Below are positions 8,897-19,150 of a stretch of DNA of 59,577 bases, piece after piece. Origin of the DNA: an uncultured bacterium (GTDB taxonomy: Bacteria > Hydrothermota > Hydrothermia > B15-G9 > WFZT01); contig CAYNMM010000120.1 of NCBI GenBank assembly GCA_964398355.1, positions 1 to 59,577 on the forward strand, written 5' to 3'. Below the pieces are notes generated by a model. The model searched no databases. It was not told the origin of the DNA and worked only from the letters and a program-made list of their open reading frames with translations. The position numbers and the translations under genes were made by a program. Each line of letters begins with the position of its first letter. Position 1 is the stretch's first letter.

Positions 8897-9952
8897 TTAT
8901 GCCCTCCTAAGAATCTTTTTATTAAAGAAATTAAATATCCCGTCCCAGGAGAATTCCTTTCTTCCCATAATTCCATTTCTTGCAAAAATCATGAGGAGAA
9001 TGAGAAGAATTGAGAAAGTGACCATTCTCATACCCGGAATACCTGGAACATGAAGACCGAAGAAAACATGCGGTTCTTCCATCCATCTGAGAATCTCAGA
9101 TCCCCATGCAAAGAGAATAGCACCGATAATAGCCCCTGTGGTACTTCCAAGTCCTCCAGCTACAATCATGATTAAAAGGTTAAATGTCAGGAAGAAAGTG
9201 AACAATCGTGGATCTATTGTTGTAAGAAGATGGGCAAGAAGACCACCGCCAACACCTTCAAAGAATGCTGCAACAACGAAGGCGAGCATCTTGTGCCAGA
9301 ATGTATTGATCCCCATTGCCTGGGCCGCTGCTTCATCTTCTCTTATAGCTTTCATTGCCCTCCCGTAACTCGAGTTAACAAGCCCTACTATGAAAAACAC
9401 CACAACAGCGGCTGTACCCCATGACCACCAGATGTTAGTGTATTGGTGTAAACCTTTAAGGCCGAGCGCACCGTTCGTTATCGGAATTGCATTCGTGGCA
9501 AACACCCTGACAATCTCACCGAAACCCAGAGTCACGATAGCAAGATAGTCACCCCTGACACGGAACACAGGAATTCCCATTAAAAAAGCAAGAATCGCTG
9601 TGACTACACCACCTATCAATATAGCAGGTAGAAATGGGATAGATATATGATTGAGTGGAGAAATACAGGGTTGAATGATAAATGTCATGGCTTTTTCCTG
9701 AGGTGTCATCGTTAGGAGGGCAGCTGTATAGGCTCCAATAGCAACAAATGCATTAGGCTCCAGTGAGAACTGTCCTGTTATCCCGTTGATCAGGTTATAC
9801 GATACTGTTAGGATGATGTAAATCGCTGTAACGTTCAGAATCTGGATCACGTAACTCGATGCATGTTTGTTAAGATATCCCAATAATAAAAACAGTAAAA
9901 CGACACTGATACCGGTGAGTATCCAGTTTCTAATTCTCCTCTTATCAATCAT
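8897..9952 (-). CDS. livM: Branched-chain amino acid ABC permease
   Basis: RVRGDYLAIVTLGFGEI, GRAMKAIREDE. Confidence 0.9.
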   Translation of the reverse strand: MIDKRRIRNWILTGISVVLLFLLLGYLNKHASSYVIQILNVTAIYIILTVSYNLINGITGQFSLEPNAFVAIGAYTAALLTMTPQEKAMTFIIQPCISPLNHISIPFLPAILIGGVVTAILAFLMGIPVFRVRGDYLAIVTLGFGEIVRVFATNAIPITNGALGLKGLHQYTNIWWSWGTAAVVVFFIVGLVNSSYGRAMKAIREDEAAAQAMGINTFWHKMLAFVVAAFFEGVGGGLLAHLLTTIDPRLFTFFLTFNLLIMIVAGGLGSTTGAIIGAILFAWGSEILRWMEEPHVFFGLHVPGIPGMRMVTFSILLILLMIFARNGIMGRKEFSWDGIFNFFNKKILRRA

Positions 9953-10836
9953 TCTGGCAATACCTCCCCCATGATACCAGTAGGTTTGAAAATCAAGACC
10001 CCGATCAGCAGGAAAAATGCGACAGCATCCCTGTATCCTGCGAGCTGAGGGAAGAAAGCAACAAACATAATCTCAATGATTCCAAGGAGAATTCCTCCAA
10101 TAGCGGCACCAACGACATTTCCTATTCCACCAAACACAGCGGCTACAAAGGCTTTCAATCCAGGAATAATACCCATGAGAGGATTTATCTGTGGATACTT
10201 CATGGCCCACATAATACCACCAGCAGCTGCGAGGAATGAACCAAGTGCAAAGGTGAAAGATATGATACCATCCACATCCACACCCATAATCCTTGTAGTG
10301 TCCATATCACGAGAAATTGCTCTCATTGCCATTCCCCTTCTCGTCCTATAGACGATATAGAATGTCAGGAATAGGAAAACTGCTGTGAAGAATGGAATCC
10401 AGAGGCTCAGAGCGGGAATGGTGATGCCTTTTACATTGAAAATGGCACCAAAAAGTTTTGGTATTTTAAATCCTTTGGGCCTGCCACCGAACACAACAAT
10501 TCCAAAGTTTTCAAGGAAGAAGGATACACCGATAGCGGTGATCAGTGCAGATATCCTTGGAGCATTCCTGACCGGTTTGTATGCTCCTCTATCTATGAGA
10601 ACACCGAGGATGGCTGTCAGGATCATTGCGATGGGAAAGCTTATGTACCAGGGAATGCGAAAAATAAGGTATCCGAAGAACGCAAAGTACGTACTCATCA
10701 TCATAACGTCGCCGTGGGCGAAGTTGATCAACCTGATGATTCCATATACCATTGTGTACCCAATGGCTATGAGCGCATACAGACTACCCAGAGAAAATCC
10801 ATTTATCAACTGCTGTATAAATGTTGATAGGGTCAT
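9949..10836 (-). CDS. livH: Branched-chain amino acid ABC permease
   Basis: YALIAIGYTMVYG, INFAHG, KAFVAAVFGGIG. Confidence 0.92.
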   Translation of the reverse strand: MTLSTFIQQLINGFSLGSLYALIAIGYTMVYGIIRLINFAHGDVMMMSTYFAFFGYLIFRIPWYISFPIAMILTAILGVLIDRGAYKPVRNAPRISALITAIGVSFFLENFGIVVFGGRPKGFKIPKLFGAIFNVKGITIPALSLWIPFFTAVFLFLTFYIVYRTRRGMAMRAISRDMDTTRIMGVDVDGIISFTFALGSFLAAAGGIMWAMKYPQINPLMGIIPGLKAFVAAVFGGIGNVVGAAIGGILLGIIEIMFVAFFPQLAGYRDAVAFFLLIGVLIFKPTGIMGEVLPE

Positions 10837-10963
10837 ATCTTTTACACCTCTAATAAGATTTTTTTAATTTTTCGATTTACCCCCAATTTAAGGAACAGAT
10901 AAAGCCAGGAGTTATAAGGTTTTTGTAAATAGCAAAAAATCTTGAAAAGGATTTAAAAAATTT

Positions 10964-11007
10964 TTTTGTGAGGGCGGCGCTTTTTAAAAAGCGCCGCCCT
11001 CACAAAA
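10964..11007. terminator. Perfect 44-bp palindrome downstream of livK
   Basis: ttttgtgagggcggcgctttttaaaaagcgccgccctcacaaaa; U run follows on the minus strand. Confidence 0.7.
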
Positions 11008-11022
11008 TTAAATCTCTTTTTC

Positions 11023-12144
11023 TCAGTCAGGCTTAATCGTTGTTACATACACGAATTTTCCATTCTTAACAACTCTGATAACACCACTCTTCACAGCGTT
11101 ACCGTTGACGAGAGTGATAATTCCTGTAACGCCCTCAAAGTTCTTTGTATGGTCAAGAGCATCTCTGATCTTTGCAGGATCAGTACTTCCGGCTCTCTTT
11201 ATGGCATCCATGAGCAACATGTATGCATCGAAACCGAGCGCTCCAAGGGCGTCAGGAGCCTTATGATACTTCTTTCTAAAGATCTTTACGTACTTTTTAC
11301 CCAGTTCGGTCTCAGCGGCCTTTTCATCAAAGTGTGTGGAGTAGTAAAGTCCTTCAACGGCTTTTCCACCGATTTTAACCAGTTCAGGTGCCTCTGCACC
11401 GTCACCGGCAAGCAGTGTGGATTTGATTCCAAGCTCTCTTGCCTGACGGGCAATGAGAGCAATCTCTGTGTAATATCCGGGAATAACGATTACATCAGGA
11501 TGAAGCTTCTTGATAGCAGTCAACTGAGCCGTGAAATCCTGGTCACCTGTCTGATAGAACGCATGTGAAACCACCTTACCACCAAGTTGGGTGAATTTTT
11601 TAATAAAGAAGTTAGAAAGTCCAACAGAATAGTCCTGAGCAATATCAGTCAAAACAGCTGCTGTTTTTGCATGGAGGTAATTGACAGCAAATTTTGCAAG
11701 CATGTCACCCTGGAATGGGTCAATGAAGCATGCTCTAAAGACCCATTTCCTATTCTGTGTAACAAGGGGGTTTGTTGAAGAAGGGGTAATTTGAGGGACA
11801 TGATTCTCCTCGCAAATCGGTGCAATTGCAAGTGAGTGGGAAGAAGCTACGGCACCGATTATAGCAACAACATGATCTTTTTTGATCAATCTCTGGGCAA
11901 CATTCGCTGCCTCAATTTTATCAGACTTGTTATCACCAAGTACAAGTTTGACTTTCTTTCCAAGAACTGTAGGCTGCATTTCATGGGCAATCTGGATACC
12001 AGTCCAGGTCATCTGCCCAAATGCAGCCACTGCCCCGGTCATCTCAAGGTCAACACCGACCTTCACCACATCTTGAGCTTTAGCGTTACCGCCCAAGACG
12101 AGCAACCCTATGAGTATATATACCAGCGTAAGCAACCTCTTCAT
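11023..12144 (-). CDS. Branched-chain amino acid ABC substrate-binding protein (start revised to ATG 12144)
   Basis: Signal peptide MKRLL..., DNKSD, FRACFIDPFQG, DFTAQLT; SD AGGAGG upstream of 12144. Confidence 0.9.
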   Translation of the reverse strand: MKRLLTLVYILIGLLVLGGNAKAQDVVKVGVDLEMTGAVAAFGQMTWTGIQIAHEMQPTVLGKKVKLVLGDNKSDKIEAANVAQRLIKKDHVVAIIGAVASSHSLAIAPICEENHVPQITPSSTNPLVTQNRKWVFRACFIDPFQGDMLAKFAVNYLHAKTAAVLTDIAQDYSVGLSNFFIKKFTQLGGKVVSHAFYQTGDQDFTAQLTAIKKLHPDVIVIPGYYTEIALIARQARELGIKSTLLAGDGAEAPELVKIGGKAVEGLYYSTHFDEKAAETELGKKYVKIFRKKYHKAPDALGALGFDAYMLLMDAIKRAGSTDPAKIRDALDHTKNFEGVTGIITLVNGNAVKSGVIRVVKNGKFVYVTTIKPD

Positions 12145-12264
12145 ACGACACACCTCCTTTTATTTAATGCTGAAATATATTGTTTTATATATCGATCTGT
12201 CAACCTACTTTTCATGTTTCGAACTGAATATGAATCTTATAAATATTAGATTTTGCTGGATTTT

Positions 12265-13614
12265 TTATACAGAAAGGCTTAATTTATTATAAATTTCAAA
12301 TTTGTCAATAATTTTAACAGGTTTAACTATAGGTGCCAGGCCTCTAACATCGATAACCTTACCTATTAAATATGTTCCAGGAGGGTAATTCCCCAAAATT
12401 ACAGCTTTTATAAATCCTCTATTCCGGCCTGCCGAAAGGGACTTATCTTTCCTGGATTCACCTTCAACAAGAAAATCATAAAATTTCCCTATCATCTTTG
12501 TCCTCTGGTTATATGCTACCCTATTAATCTCTTCAATCAACGTTCTGAGGCGCTTGCCTTTAACTTCATTAGGCGTGTCATCTCTAAATTTTGACGCAAG
12601 AGTACCGGGCCTCGGACTGTAAATAAAAGTGAACGCATGATCAAATTTAACTTTTCTCACTACATCAAGTGTCTCCTCGAAATCATCATCCGTTTCCCCA
12701 GGGAAACCCACCATTATGTCAGTTGTTATCGTAGCCTCAGGAAGAACTTTTCTTATCGTTGAGACAATCTCGATATACTCATCTTTTGTATACCCTCTCC
12801 TCATGGCCTTCAGGATTGGAGTTGATCCCGCCTGGAGTGGGAGATGAATCCAATCAGTTATTCTCTTTGAATTTGCAATTACATTTAAAACCTTATAGGT
12901 TAAATCTCGTGGATGAGAAGTTGTAAAACGGATTCTTAAAAAATTCGTACTTTTATCAAGTAGCTCAAGAAGCTGGTAAAATTGTAGTTTACCATCGAAG
13001 TATGAATTCACATTTTGACCAAGTAGTGTTACCTCAACAACTCCCTGGCTCTGTAGATGAGTAAGCTCTTTCAATATATGTTCCGATGGTCGAGAAATTT
13101 CTCTCCCTCTTGTAAACGGGACAATACAGTACGAACAGAAGTTATCACACCCTTGCATGATATTCACATATTCTTGTATCCAAGTCGCCTGTCTTTTTAA
13201 CGGGACATCTGTCAGTTCAAGTAATCCAAAATCACCGCCGAGGATTCTTGTATCAGGCACGTTTCCTTCTAACAAGTTAAGGAGATAGTGTGGAAGTAAG
13301 GTATAACTTCTTGTGCCGAAAGCGAGATCGACACCGGGAATCGCGTCTTCTCCTTTGTGCTGCTGAGCAACACATCCGAGCATAACTGTAATCTTTCCGT
13401 ATTTCTTATAATCCCTAAGAAATTTAACGCCCCTTTCTTCAGCCTTATGTCTGACAGAACAGGTATTGGAAAGAACAATTTCCGCCTCTTCTGGGGATTT
13501 TACTTCCTCAAATCCAGCCAATTTAAGTGTTTCCGAAATAAGACGCGAGTCGTACACGTTCATCTGACATCCAAATGTCCTAATATAAAATCTTCTTTTA
13601 TTATGCCCGATCAT
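12265..13614 (-). CDS. miaB: tRNA methylthiotransferase
   Basis: TFGCQMNVYDS, radical-SAM CDNFCSYC, IVPFTRGRE, C-terminal TRAM-like region. Confidence 0.92.
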   Translation of the reverse strand: MIGHNKRRFYIRTFGCQMNVYDSRLISETLKLAGFEEVKSPEEAEIVLSNTCSVRHKAEERGVKFLRDYKKYGKITVMLGCVAQQHKGEDAIPGVDLAFGTRSYTLLPHYLLNLLEGNVPDTRILGGDFGLLELTDVPLKRQATWIQEYVNIMQGCDNFCSYCIVPFTRGREISRPSEHILKELTHLQSQGVVEVTLLGQNVNSYFDGKLQFYQLLELLDKSTNFLRIRFTTSHPRDLTYKVLNVIANSKRITDWIHLPLQAGSTPILKAMRRGYTKDEYIEIVSTIRKVLPEATITTDIMVGFPGETDDDFEETLDVVRKVKFDHAFTFIYSPRPGTLASKFRDDTPNEVKGKRLRTLIEEINRVAYNQRTKMIGKFYDFLVEGESRKDKSLSAGRNRGFIKAVILGNYPPGTYLIGKVIDVRGLAPIVKPVKIIDKFEIYNKLSLSV

Positions 13615-14336
13615 AACAAAATTTTATCTGCCCTGAATATAGGTCCCTCAGAGCAAACACGATAGTAACCACTTTTATCGGCTTTCTTTACAGCACATCC
13701 CATGCAAATCCCGATCCCACATCCCATATAACTTTCCAATGAAAAATATAATTTATTTGATGATATTAATTTATTCAAGGCTTTCATCATTGGAGTTGGT
13801 CCACATGCCAGATGAGGATAATTTGGACTCTCGATAAAATCAGTGACAACACCAGGAAATTCAGACGAGCCATCTTCGGTAATTAATTTCAACTTGTCAG
13901 ATGGTATCAGTTCAAACAAATTAAATTCAGGCAGTGTTTTAAAACCAAATAGAACCTCTTTCACCTTCTCTGGATACTTCTTAAAATAAAAAATCAGTGG
14001 AGCAATTCCAGATCCACCCCCAACAAGAACAGTTTTATCAAGGACCGGGAAACCGTTTCCAAGAGGACCCATTATTTCAAGCTCATCCGAATTTGCAATT
14101 ATTTTTGAACCTCTTCCTCTGATTTGAATAAGGAGCCAGATAGAGTTTTCTTCAGTGAAAGCTACACTAAAAGGTCTTCTTAATAAAGGATCGAGTCCAT
14201 TACCAACCCGGATTTCAACAAACTGACCTGGTTGAGCATTTCTCCAGATTTGATTACTCTTCACTTTAAGTAATACCTTATCAATGTCGAAAGTAGCTCT
14301 TTTGAGGATTCTACCCGTCTCAAAATATATCATCAA
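13611..14336 (-). CDS. pyrK: Dihydroorotate dehydrogenase electron-transfer subunit (PyrK-like)
   Basis: PGQF, LRRPFS, GGGSGIAPL, ACGPTPM, MGCGIGICMGC...RVCSEGP. Confidence 0.85.
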   Translation of the reverse strand: MMIYFETGRILKRATFDIDKVLLKVKSNQIWRNAQPGQFVEIRVGNGLDPLLRRPFSVAFTEENSIWLLIQIRGRGSKIIANSDELEIMGPLGNGFPVLDKTVLVGGGSGIAPLIFYFKKYPEKVKEVLFGFKTLPEFNLFELIPSDKLKLITEDGSSEFPGVVTDFIESPNYPHLACGPTPMMKALNKLISSNKLYFSLESYMGCGIGICMGCAVKKADKSGYYRVCSEGPIFRADKILL

Positions 14337-14977
14337 TAGGCCCCTGTCCCTTTAACTATTACAAAGAGTGTTTTAAAAAGTATCTTCAAATCCAGAGGGA
14401 ATGAGAGATGGTCTACATAGTATCTATCAAGCTTAACCCTTTCTTCAATTGGAAGATCATTCCTTCCTGACACCTGCCAGAGACCAGTCAAACCAGGAGG
14501 TAGCTTTGTTATATAATCGAGATTCGTAAGATATATGTAAATATCTCTATCAGTGATCGGCCGTGGGCCTATGATACTCATTTCACCCTTCAGCACATTT
14601 ATGAATTGTGGCAATTCATCGAGACTTGTTTTCCTCAATATTTTACCAATTTTCGTAATCCTTGGATCGTGAGTCAATTTATTAAGGGTTAAAAATTCCT
14701 CCCTCATTTTTGGATTTTCCCGGAGTACACTTTCAAGTACCTCATCTGCATTTATTACCATAGTGCGAAATTTATACAGATAAAAATATTTACCTTTATA
14801 TCCAATTCTTTTTTGCCTGTAGAATACAGGTCCTTTAGATGTAAGCTTAATGAGAACCGCAATGAGGAGAAAAAACGGAAATAGCATTAACAAAATACTG
14901 AAAGAAAAAACTTTGTCAAAAATCTTCTTCCATATTGGTATGGCGATCGGTTTTGAATTTCCTGACGTATTTCTCAT
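14333..14977 (-). CDS. Bacterial sugar transferase (polyprenyl phosphoglycosyltransferase), catalytic domain only
   Basis: FYRQKRIG, KFRTM, DPRIT, LDELPQFINVLKGEMSIIGPRP, PGLTGLWQVSGRN. Confidence 0.92.
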   Translation of the reverse strand: MRNTSGNSKPIAIPIWKKIFDKVFSFSILLMLFPFFLLIAVLIKLTSKGPVFYRQKRIGYKGKYFYLYKFRTMVINADEVLESVLRENPKMREEFLTLNKLTHDPRITKIGKILRKTSLDELPQFINVLKGEMSIIGPRPITDRDIYIYLTNLDYITKLPPGLTGLWQVSGRNDLPIEERVKLDRYYVDHLSFPLDLKILFKTLFVIVKGTGAY

Positions 14978-15252
14978 TAACCTGAATTATTCCTATAAAG
15001 GTCACCTCCCATATAGGGATTTCTATTATAAGCTATTTTTCGGGTTTGAGAAATACGAAATAATTCGTTGAGTAGATAGAAAATTTTTGAACCAGAATTT
15101 CATAACTAAAAAGCAGGTTAAACATTATCTGGGACAAAGTAAATGTACGGAATATTTACACCGGGATTATAGGGAAAAGAAACGAATAAATTTTCAAATC
15201 TGGAGTTCATTGAAATTTCAGGGATTTTCTTTACTTACGTTACCTTAGTCAC

Positions 15253-15281
15253 TTGACTGTTTCATACTCAATGAATAAAAT
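15253..15281 (+). promoter_or_regulatory. Sigma70-type promoter of the peptide ABC operon
   Basis: TTGACT (15253-15258), 17 nt spacer, TAAAAT (15276-15281). Confidence 0.65.
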
Positions 15282-15298
15282 TCCAGCCATTCATTGTC

Positions 15299-16264
15299 AT
15301 GTTAGAGATAATCCTAAGAAGACTCTGGCAAAGCATAATTGTACTGCTGGCGGTTTCAATACTTGTATTTGTAATGGTATACGTATCAGGAGATCCAGTT
15401 GAGCTACTTGCGCCGCCGGATGCAACAGAGGTGGAGGTTGCTCAACTTAGAAAAGCTCTTGGTCTGGACAAACCTCTTCACGTTCAATATCTGCAATTTC
15501 TCAAGCACGCCCTACATGGGAACCTTGGATATTCCTATGTAAATAATGCACCAGCAGTGGAACTAATTTTTGAACGTATGCCAGCGACATTTGAACTCGC
15601 TATGATGGCTACAATTATAGCAGTAATCTTCGGGATCCCATTCGGTATCATAGCTGCAGTAAATCCAAAAAAGATATACAGCAAGGCTATAATGATAGGT
15701 TCACTTTTTGGTATTTCATTTCCAACTTTCTGGGTTGGGGTTATGTTAATCCTGATTTTTGCAGTAACTCTTGGATGGTTACCCTCATCGGGCAGAGGTG
15801 AAACTGTCAAAGTTTTTGGTATCCCCTGGAGTTTTCTCACGTGGGACGGCATCAAACATCTTATTTTGCCATCAGTAACACTTGCAGGTTACCATCTCGC
15901 TTTGATCGTCCGTCTTGTCCGTGCAGGGATGATGGAGGTATTACTTCAGGACTACATAAAATTTGCGAAAATTAAAGGGGTATCTAAACGGAAAATAATT
16001 TTTGTTCATGCTCTAAAGAATATTATGATCCCCGTTATAACAATTATTGGTTTGAACTTTGGTGGAATCCTTGCATTTGCAGTAGTAACAGAGACTATCT
16101 TTGCATGGCCTGGCATGGGAAAGCTTGTTATTGACTCAATCCATCTGCTCGATAGACCCGTCGTGGTTGCGTATCTTATGATAGTAGCAGTCATATTTGT
16201 CATCATTAATCTCCTCGTTGATATCGCATACACATTTCTTGATCCAAGGATAAGATTGAAATGA
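15299..16264 (+). CDS. Peptide/nickel ABC permease (DppB/OppB-like)
   Basis: GDPV, LGLDKPL, PATFELA, HALKN, ETIFAWPGMG. Confidence 0.93.
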   Translation: MLEIILRRLWQSIIVLLAVSILVFVMVYVSGDPVELLAPPDATEVEVAQLRKALGLDKPLHVQYLQFLKHALHGNLGYSYVNNAPAVELIFERMPATFELAMMATIIAVIFGIPFGIIAAVNPKKIYSKAIMIGSLFGISFPTFWVGVMLILIFAVTLGWLPSSGRGETVKVFGIPWSFLTWDGIKHLILPSVTLAGYHLALIVRLVRAGMMEVLLQDYIKFAKIKGVSKRKIIFVHALKNIMIPVITIIGLNFGGILAFAVVTETIFAWPGMGKLVIDSIHLLDRPVVVAYLMIVAVIFVIINLLVDIAYTFLDPRIRLK

Positions 16265-17133
16265 AGCGAATTTTTAAGAATGAAACTGTTCAGGAATTTT
16301 TCGAAAGTAAAGAAGCAGTATTTGGTCTTGTCTTAATAATAGTACTCACACTGGCCGCAATTTTTGCAAATTTTATCGCCCCACAGAATCCCTATGATCT
16401 AAAGGAACTAAATCTCCAAAATGCATACAAACCACCTGGTTATGTTGCCAATGGTATCAGGTTTTTACTTGGGACCGATGACCAGGGAAGAGGGGTTTTT
16501 TCAACTATTCTTTATGGGATGAGAATATCGTTATTTGTTGGAGTTGTCAGCACAGTTTTTTCGGCTATTATCGGGACAATCCTCGGACTAATAGCTGGTT
16601 ACTTCGGTGGAAAAGTTGACATGCTCATTATGAGACTGGCTGATATTCAACTTTCCTTCCCTGCCCTTTTAATTGCATTAATGATTATGGCTATCTGGGG
16701 ACAAGGACTTGATAAGATTATCATTGCTATTACAGTCGTTGGATGGGTTTATTACGCCAGAACAGTTAGAGGCTCGACTCTTGCCGAAAGGGAAAAGGAG
16801 TATGTTGACTCAGCACGAGTAGTTGGTGTCGGCCATTTAGGTATTATGTTTAAACACATACTACCAAATGTCCTCGCACCAGTTATAGTGATAGGAACGG
16901 TAAGAATAGCAAACGCCATCATTCTCGAAGCAACTCTTTCATTCCTTGGCCTTGGTGTTCCTGTGACCAAACCGTCACTCGGTTCTATGATTGCTTCAGG
17001 GTATCAGGTTTTATTTTCTGGATACTGGTGGGTTTCTGTTTTTCCAGGAATAGCCCTTATGTTAATTGTTATGGGAATTAACCTCGTAGGTGATAGGTTA
17101 AGAGATATTTTGAACCCAAAATTGAAAAGATGA
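16261..17133 (+). CDS. Peptide/nickel ABC permease (DppC/OppC-like)
   Basis: LGTDDQGR, HILPN, EATLSFLGLG. Confidence 0.93.
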   Translation: MKRIFKNETVQEFFESKEAVFGLVLIIVLTLAAIFANFIAPQNPYDLKELNLQNAYKPPGYVANGIRFLLGTDDQGRGVFSTILYGMRISLFVGVVSTVFSAIIGTILGLIAGYFGGKVDMLIMRLADIQLSFPALLIALMIMAIWGQGLDKIIIAITVVGWVYYARTVRGSTLAEREKEYVDSARVVGVGHLGIMFKHILPNVLAPVIVIGTVRIANAIILEATLSFLGLGVPVTKPSLGSMIASGYQVLFSGYWWVSVFPGIALMLIVMGINLVGDRLRDILNPKLKR

Positions 17134-18131
17134 CAGCAATTTTAGAAGTTAAAAACCTGAAAACATATTTTTTCACAAAGAGAGGAGTTGTAAAAGCAGT
17201 TGACGATGTAAGTTTTGAAGTATATGAAAAAGAAATCCTCGGGATTGTTGGTGAATCTGGCGCAGGAAAATCTATAACGGGATTCTCCATTCTCAAGGCA
17301 ATAGACCCACCTGGCAGGATAGTCGATGGGCATATTTATTTCAGAGGTGATGATCTTGTACCGAAGTCTGATGAGGAAATGAGAAAAATACGAGGCAATA
17401 AAATCAGCATGGTTTTTCAAGACCCACTGACATCATTAAATCCGGTTTTTACCATTGGCTACCAGCTTGAAGAGGCTATAAAGGTTCACAACCCACACAT
17501 GTCCAGAAGTGAAATAAGAGAACGTAGCATTGATTTGTTAAAAAGTGTAGGAATTCCTTCACCGGAGAAAAGACTGAGAGATTATCCTCATCAATTTTCA
17601 GGGGGTATGAGACAGAGGGTTGTTATTGCTATCGCTCTTGCGAACAATCCCGATCTTGTAATAGCAGACGAGCCCACCACTGCTCTCGATGTTACAATCC
17701 AGGCACAGGTTTTAAACCTGATGAAGCGTCTATCCCGGGAAAAAGGGTCATCCATAATTTTAATTACACATGATATGGGAGTCGTAGCCCAAATGGCAGA
17801 TAGAATCGCTGTTATGTACGCAGGGAAAATGGTTGAAATAGGCCCAACTGAAGAAATCATTTTTAACCCCAAACACCCTTATACAATTGGTTTGATAAGA
17901 TCCATACCTAAACTCTCAGGTAGAACAGAAAAACGGTTATATCAAATTCCGGGCATCATGCCAAGTTTATTGAATTTACCTCCTGGATGTGCCTTTGCGC
18001 CAAGATGTTTTTGCAAAACAGATATCTGTGAAAAGGATATGCCACAGTTTGAAAAAGTTGGAGAAAATCATTACGTTAGATGCTTTAATTTCAGGAGAAT
18101 AGCTGATGACAGAAAGTCTTGTAAAAGTTGA
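17130..18131 (+). CDS. Peptide ABC ATPase (DppD/OppD-like)
   Basis: GESGAGKS, YPHQFSGGMRQR, HPYT, GCAFAPRC. Confidence 0.93.
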   Translation: MTAILEVKNLKTYFFTKRGVVKAVDDVSFEVYEKEILGIVGESGAGKSITGFSILKAIDPPGRIVDGHIYFRGDDLVPKSDEEMRKIRGNKISMVFQDPLTSLNPVFTIGYQLEEAIKVHNPHMSRSEIRERSIDLLKSVGIPSPEKRLRDYPHQFSGGMRQRVVIAIALANNPDLVIADEPTTALDVTIQAQVLNLMKRLSREKGSSIILITHDMGVVAQMADRIAVMYAGKMVEIGPTEEIIFNPKHPYTIGLIRSIPKLSGRTEKRLYQIPGIMPSLLNLPPGCAFAPRCFCKTDICEKDMPQFEKVGENHYVRCFNFRRIADDRKSCKS

Positions 18132-19104
18132 AAATCTGAGAAAATATTTCCCTGTAAAATTGGGGATGTTTGAAGGTTGGCATTTTGAAAACGGAAAACT
18201 TAAGAGAAAGAGACTGTATGTTAAAGCAATAGATGGTGTATCTTTTGAGATTAATAAAGGTGACACCTTCGCACTTGTTGGCGAAAGCGGGTGCGGTAAA
18301 ACAACAACAGGTAGAACAATAGTTGGACTCTATAAACAAACCGAGGGTAGAATTTTCTTTAAAGGCAAATCCGTTGACGAAGTCTTGAAAACCTCACCTA
18401 AGGATTTTAAGAAGAATGTTCAAATGATATTTCAGGATCCATATTCATCGTTAAATCCGAGGATGAAGGTTTATAATCTCATTAGTGAGCCTTTAAGAGT
18501 TCACAAACTTGTTTCAACAAAAGCTGAAGAGAGAGAAAGAGTTGAAGAAATAATGGTAAATGTAGGACTTGAACCTGAATATATGAGTAGATATCCACAT
18601 CAGTTTTCAGGCGGTCAGAGGCAGAGGATTGCAATAGCAAGGGCTCTTGCAACAGAGCCTGAATTTATAGTGGCTGATGAGCCTATATCTGCTCTCGACG
18701 TCTCTATCCGGGCACAGATTTTGAATCTCATGGAAGATTTGCAAGAAAAATTTGGTCTCACATACCTTTTTATAGCCCACGATCTCAGCGTGGTCAGGCA
18801 TATTTCCAACAAAACTGCAGTCATGTATCTCGGCCGGATTGTGGAAATGGGGAAAACTGACGAAATCTTCTCTAATCCACTTCATCCTTACACAAAAACC
18901 CTGTTCGATTCAATCCCTTCTGTCGAGAAGGTAAAGCAGCCATTAAAAGTCACTATTGAAGGTGAGGTTCCTTCCCCAATAAATCCACCACCCGGTTGTC
19001 CATTCCATCCAAGATGTCCACATGCTACTGAAAGATGTAAGAAAGAAAGGCCTGAGTTGAAAGAAGCATCACCGGGCCATTTTGTGTCATGTTTTCTTTA
19101 TTGA
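18106..19104 (+). CDS. Peptide ABC ATPase (DppF/OppF-like)
   Basis: GESGCGKTT, SGGQRQR, PPPGCPFHPRC. Confidence 0.93.
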   Translation: MTESLVKVENLRKYFPVKLGMFEGWHFENGKLKRKRLYVKAIDGVSFEINKGDTFALVGESGCGKTTTGRTIVGLYKQTEGRIFFKGKSVDEVLKTSPKDFKKNVQMIFQDPYSSLNPRMKVYNLISEPLRVHKLVSTKAEERERVEEIMVNVGLEPEYMSRYPHQFSGGQRQRIAIARALATEPEFIVADEPISALDVSIRAQILNLMEDLQEKFGLTYLFIAHDLSVVRHISNKTAVMYLGRIVEMGKTDEIFSNPLHPYTKTLFDSIPSVEKVKQPLKVTIEGEVPSPINPPPGCPFHPRCPHATERCKKERPELKEASPGHFVSCFLY

Positions 19105-19150
19105 ACAAATACGTGTTATACATTAAAAATCCAAAAAGGAGGTTAGCAGT

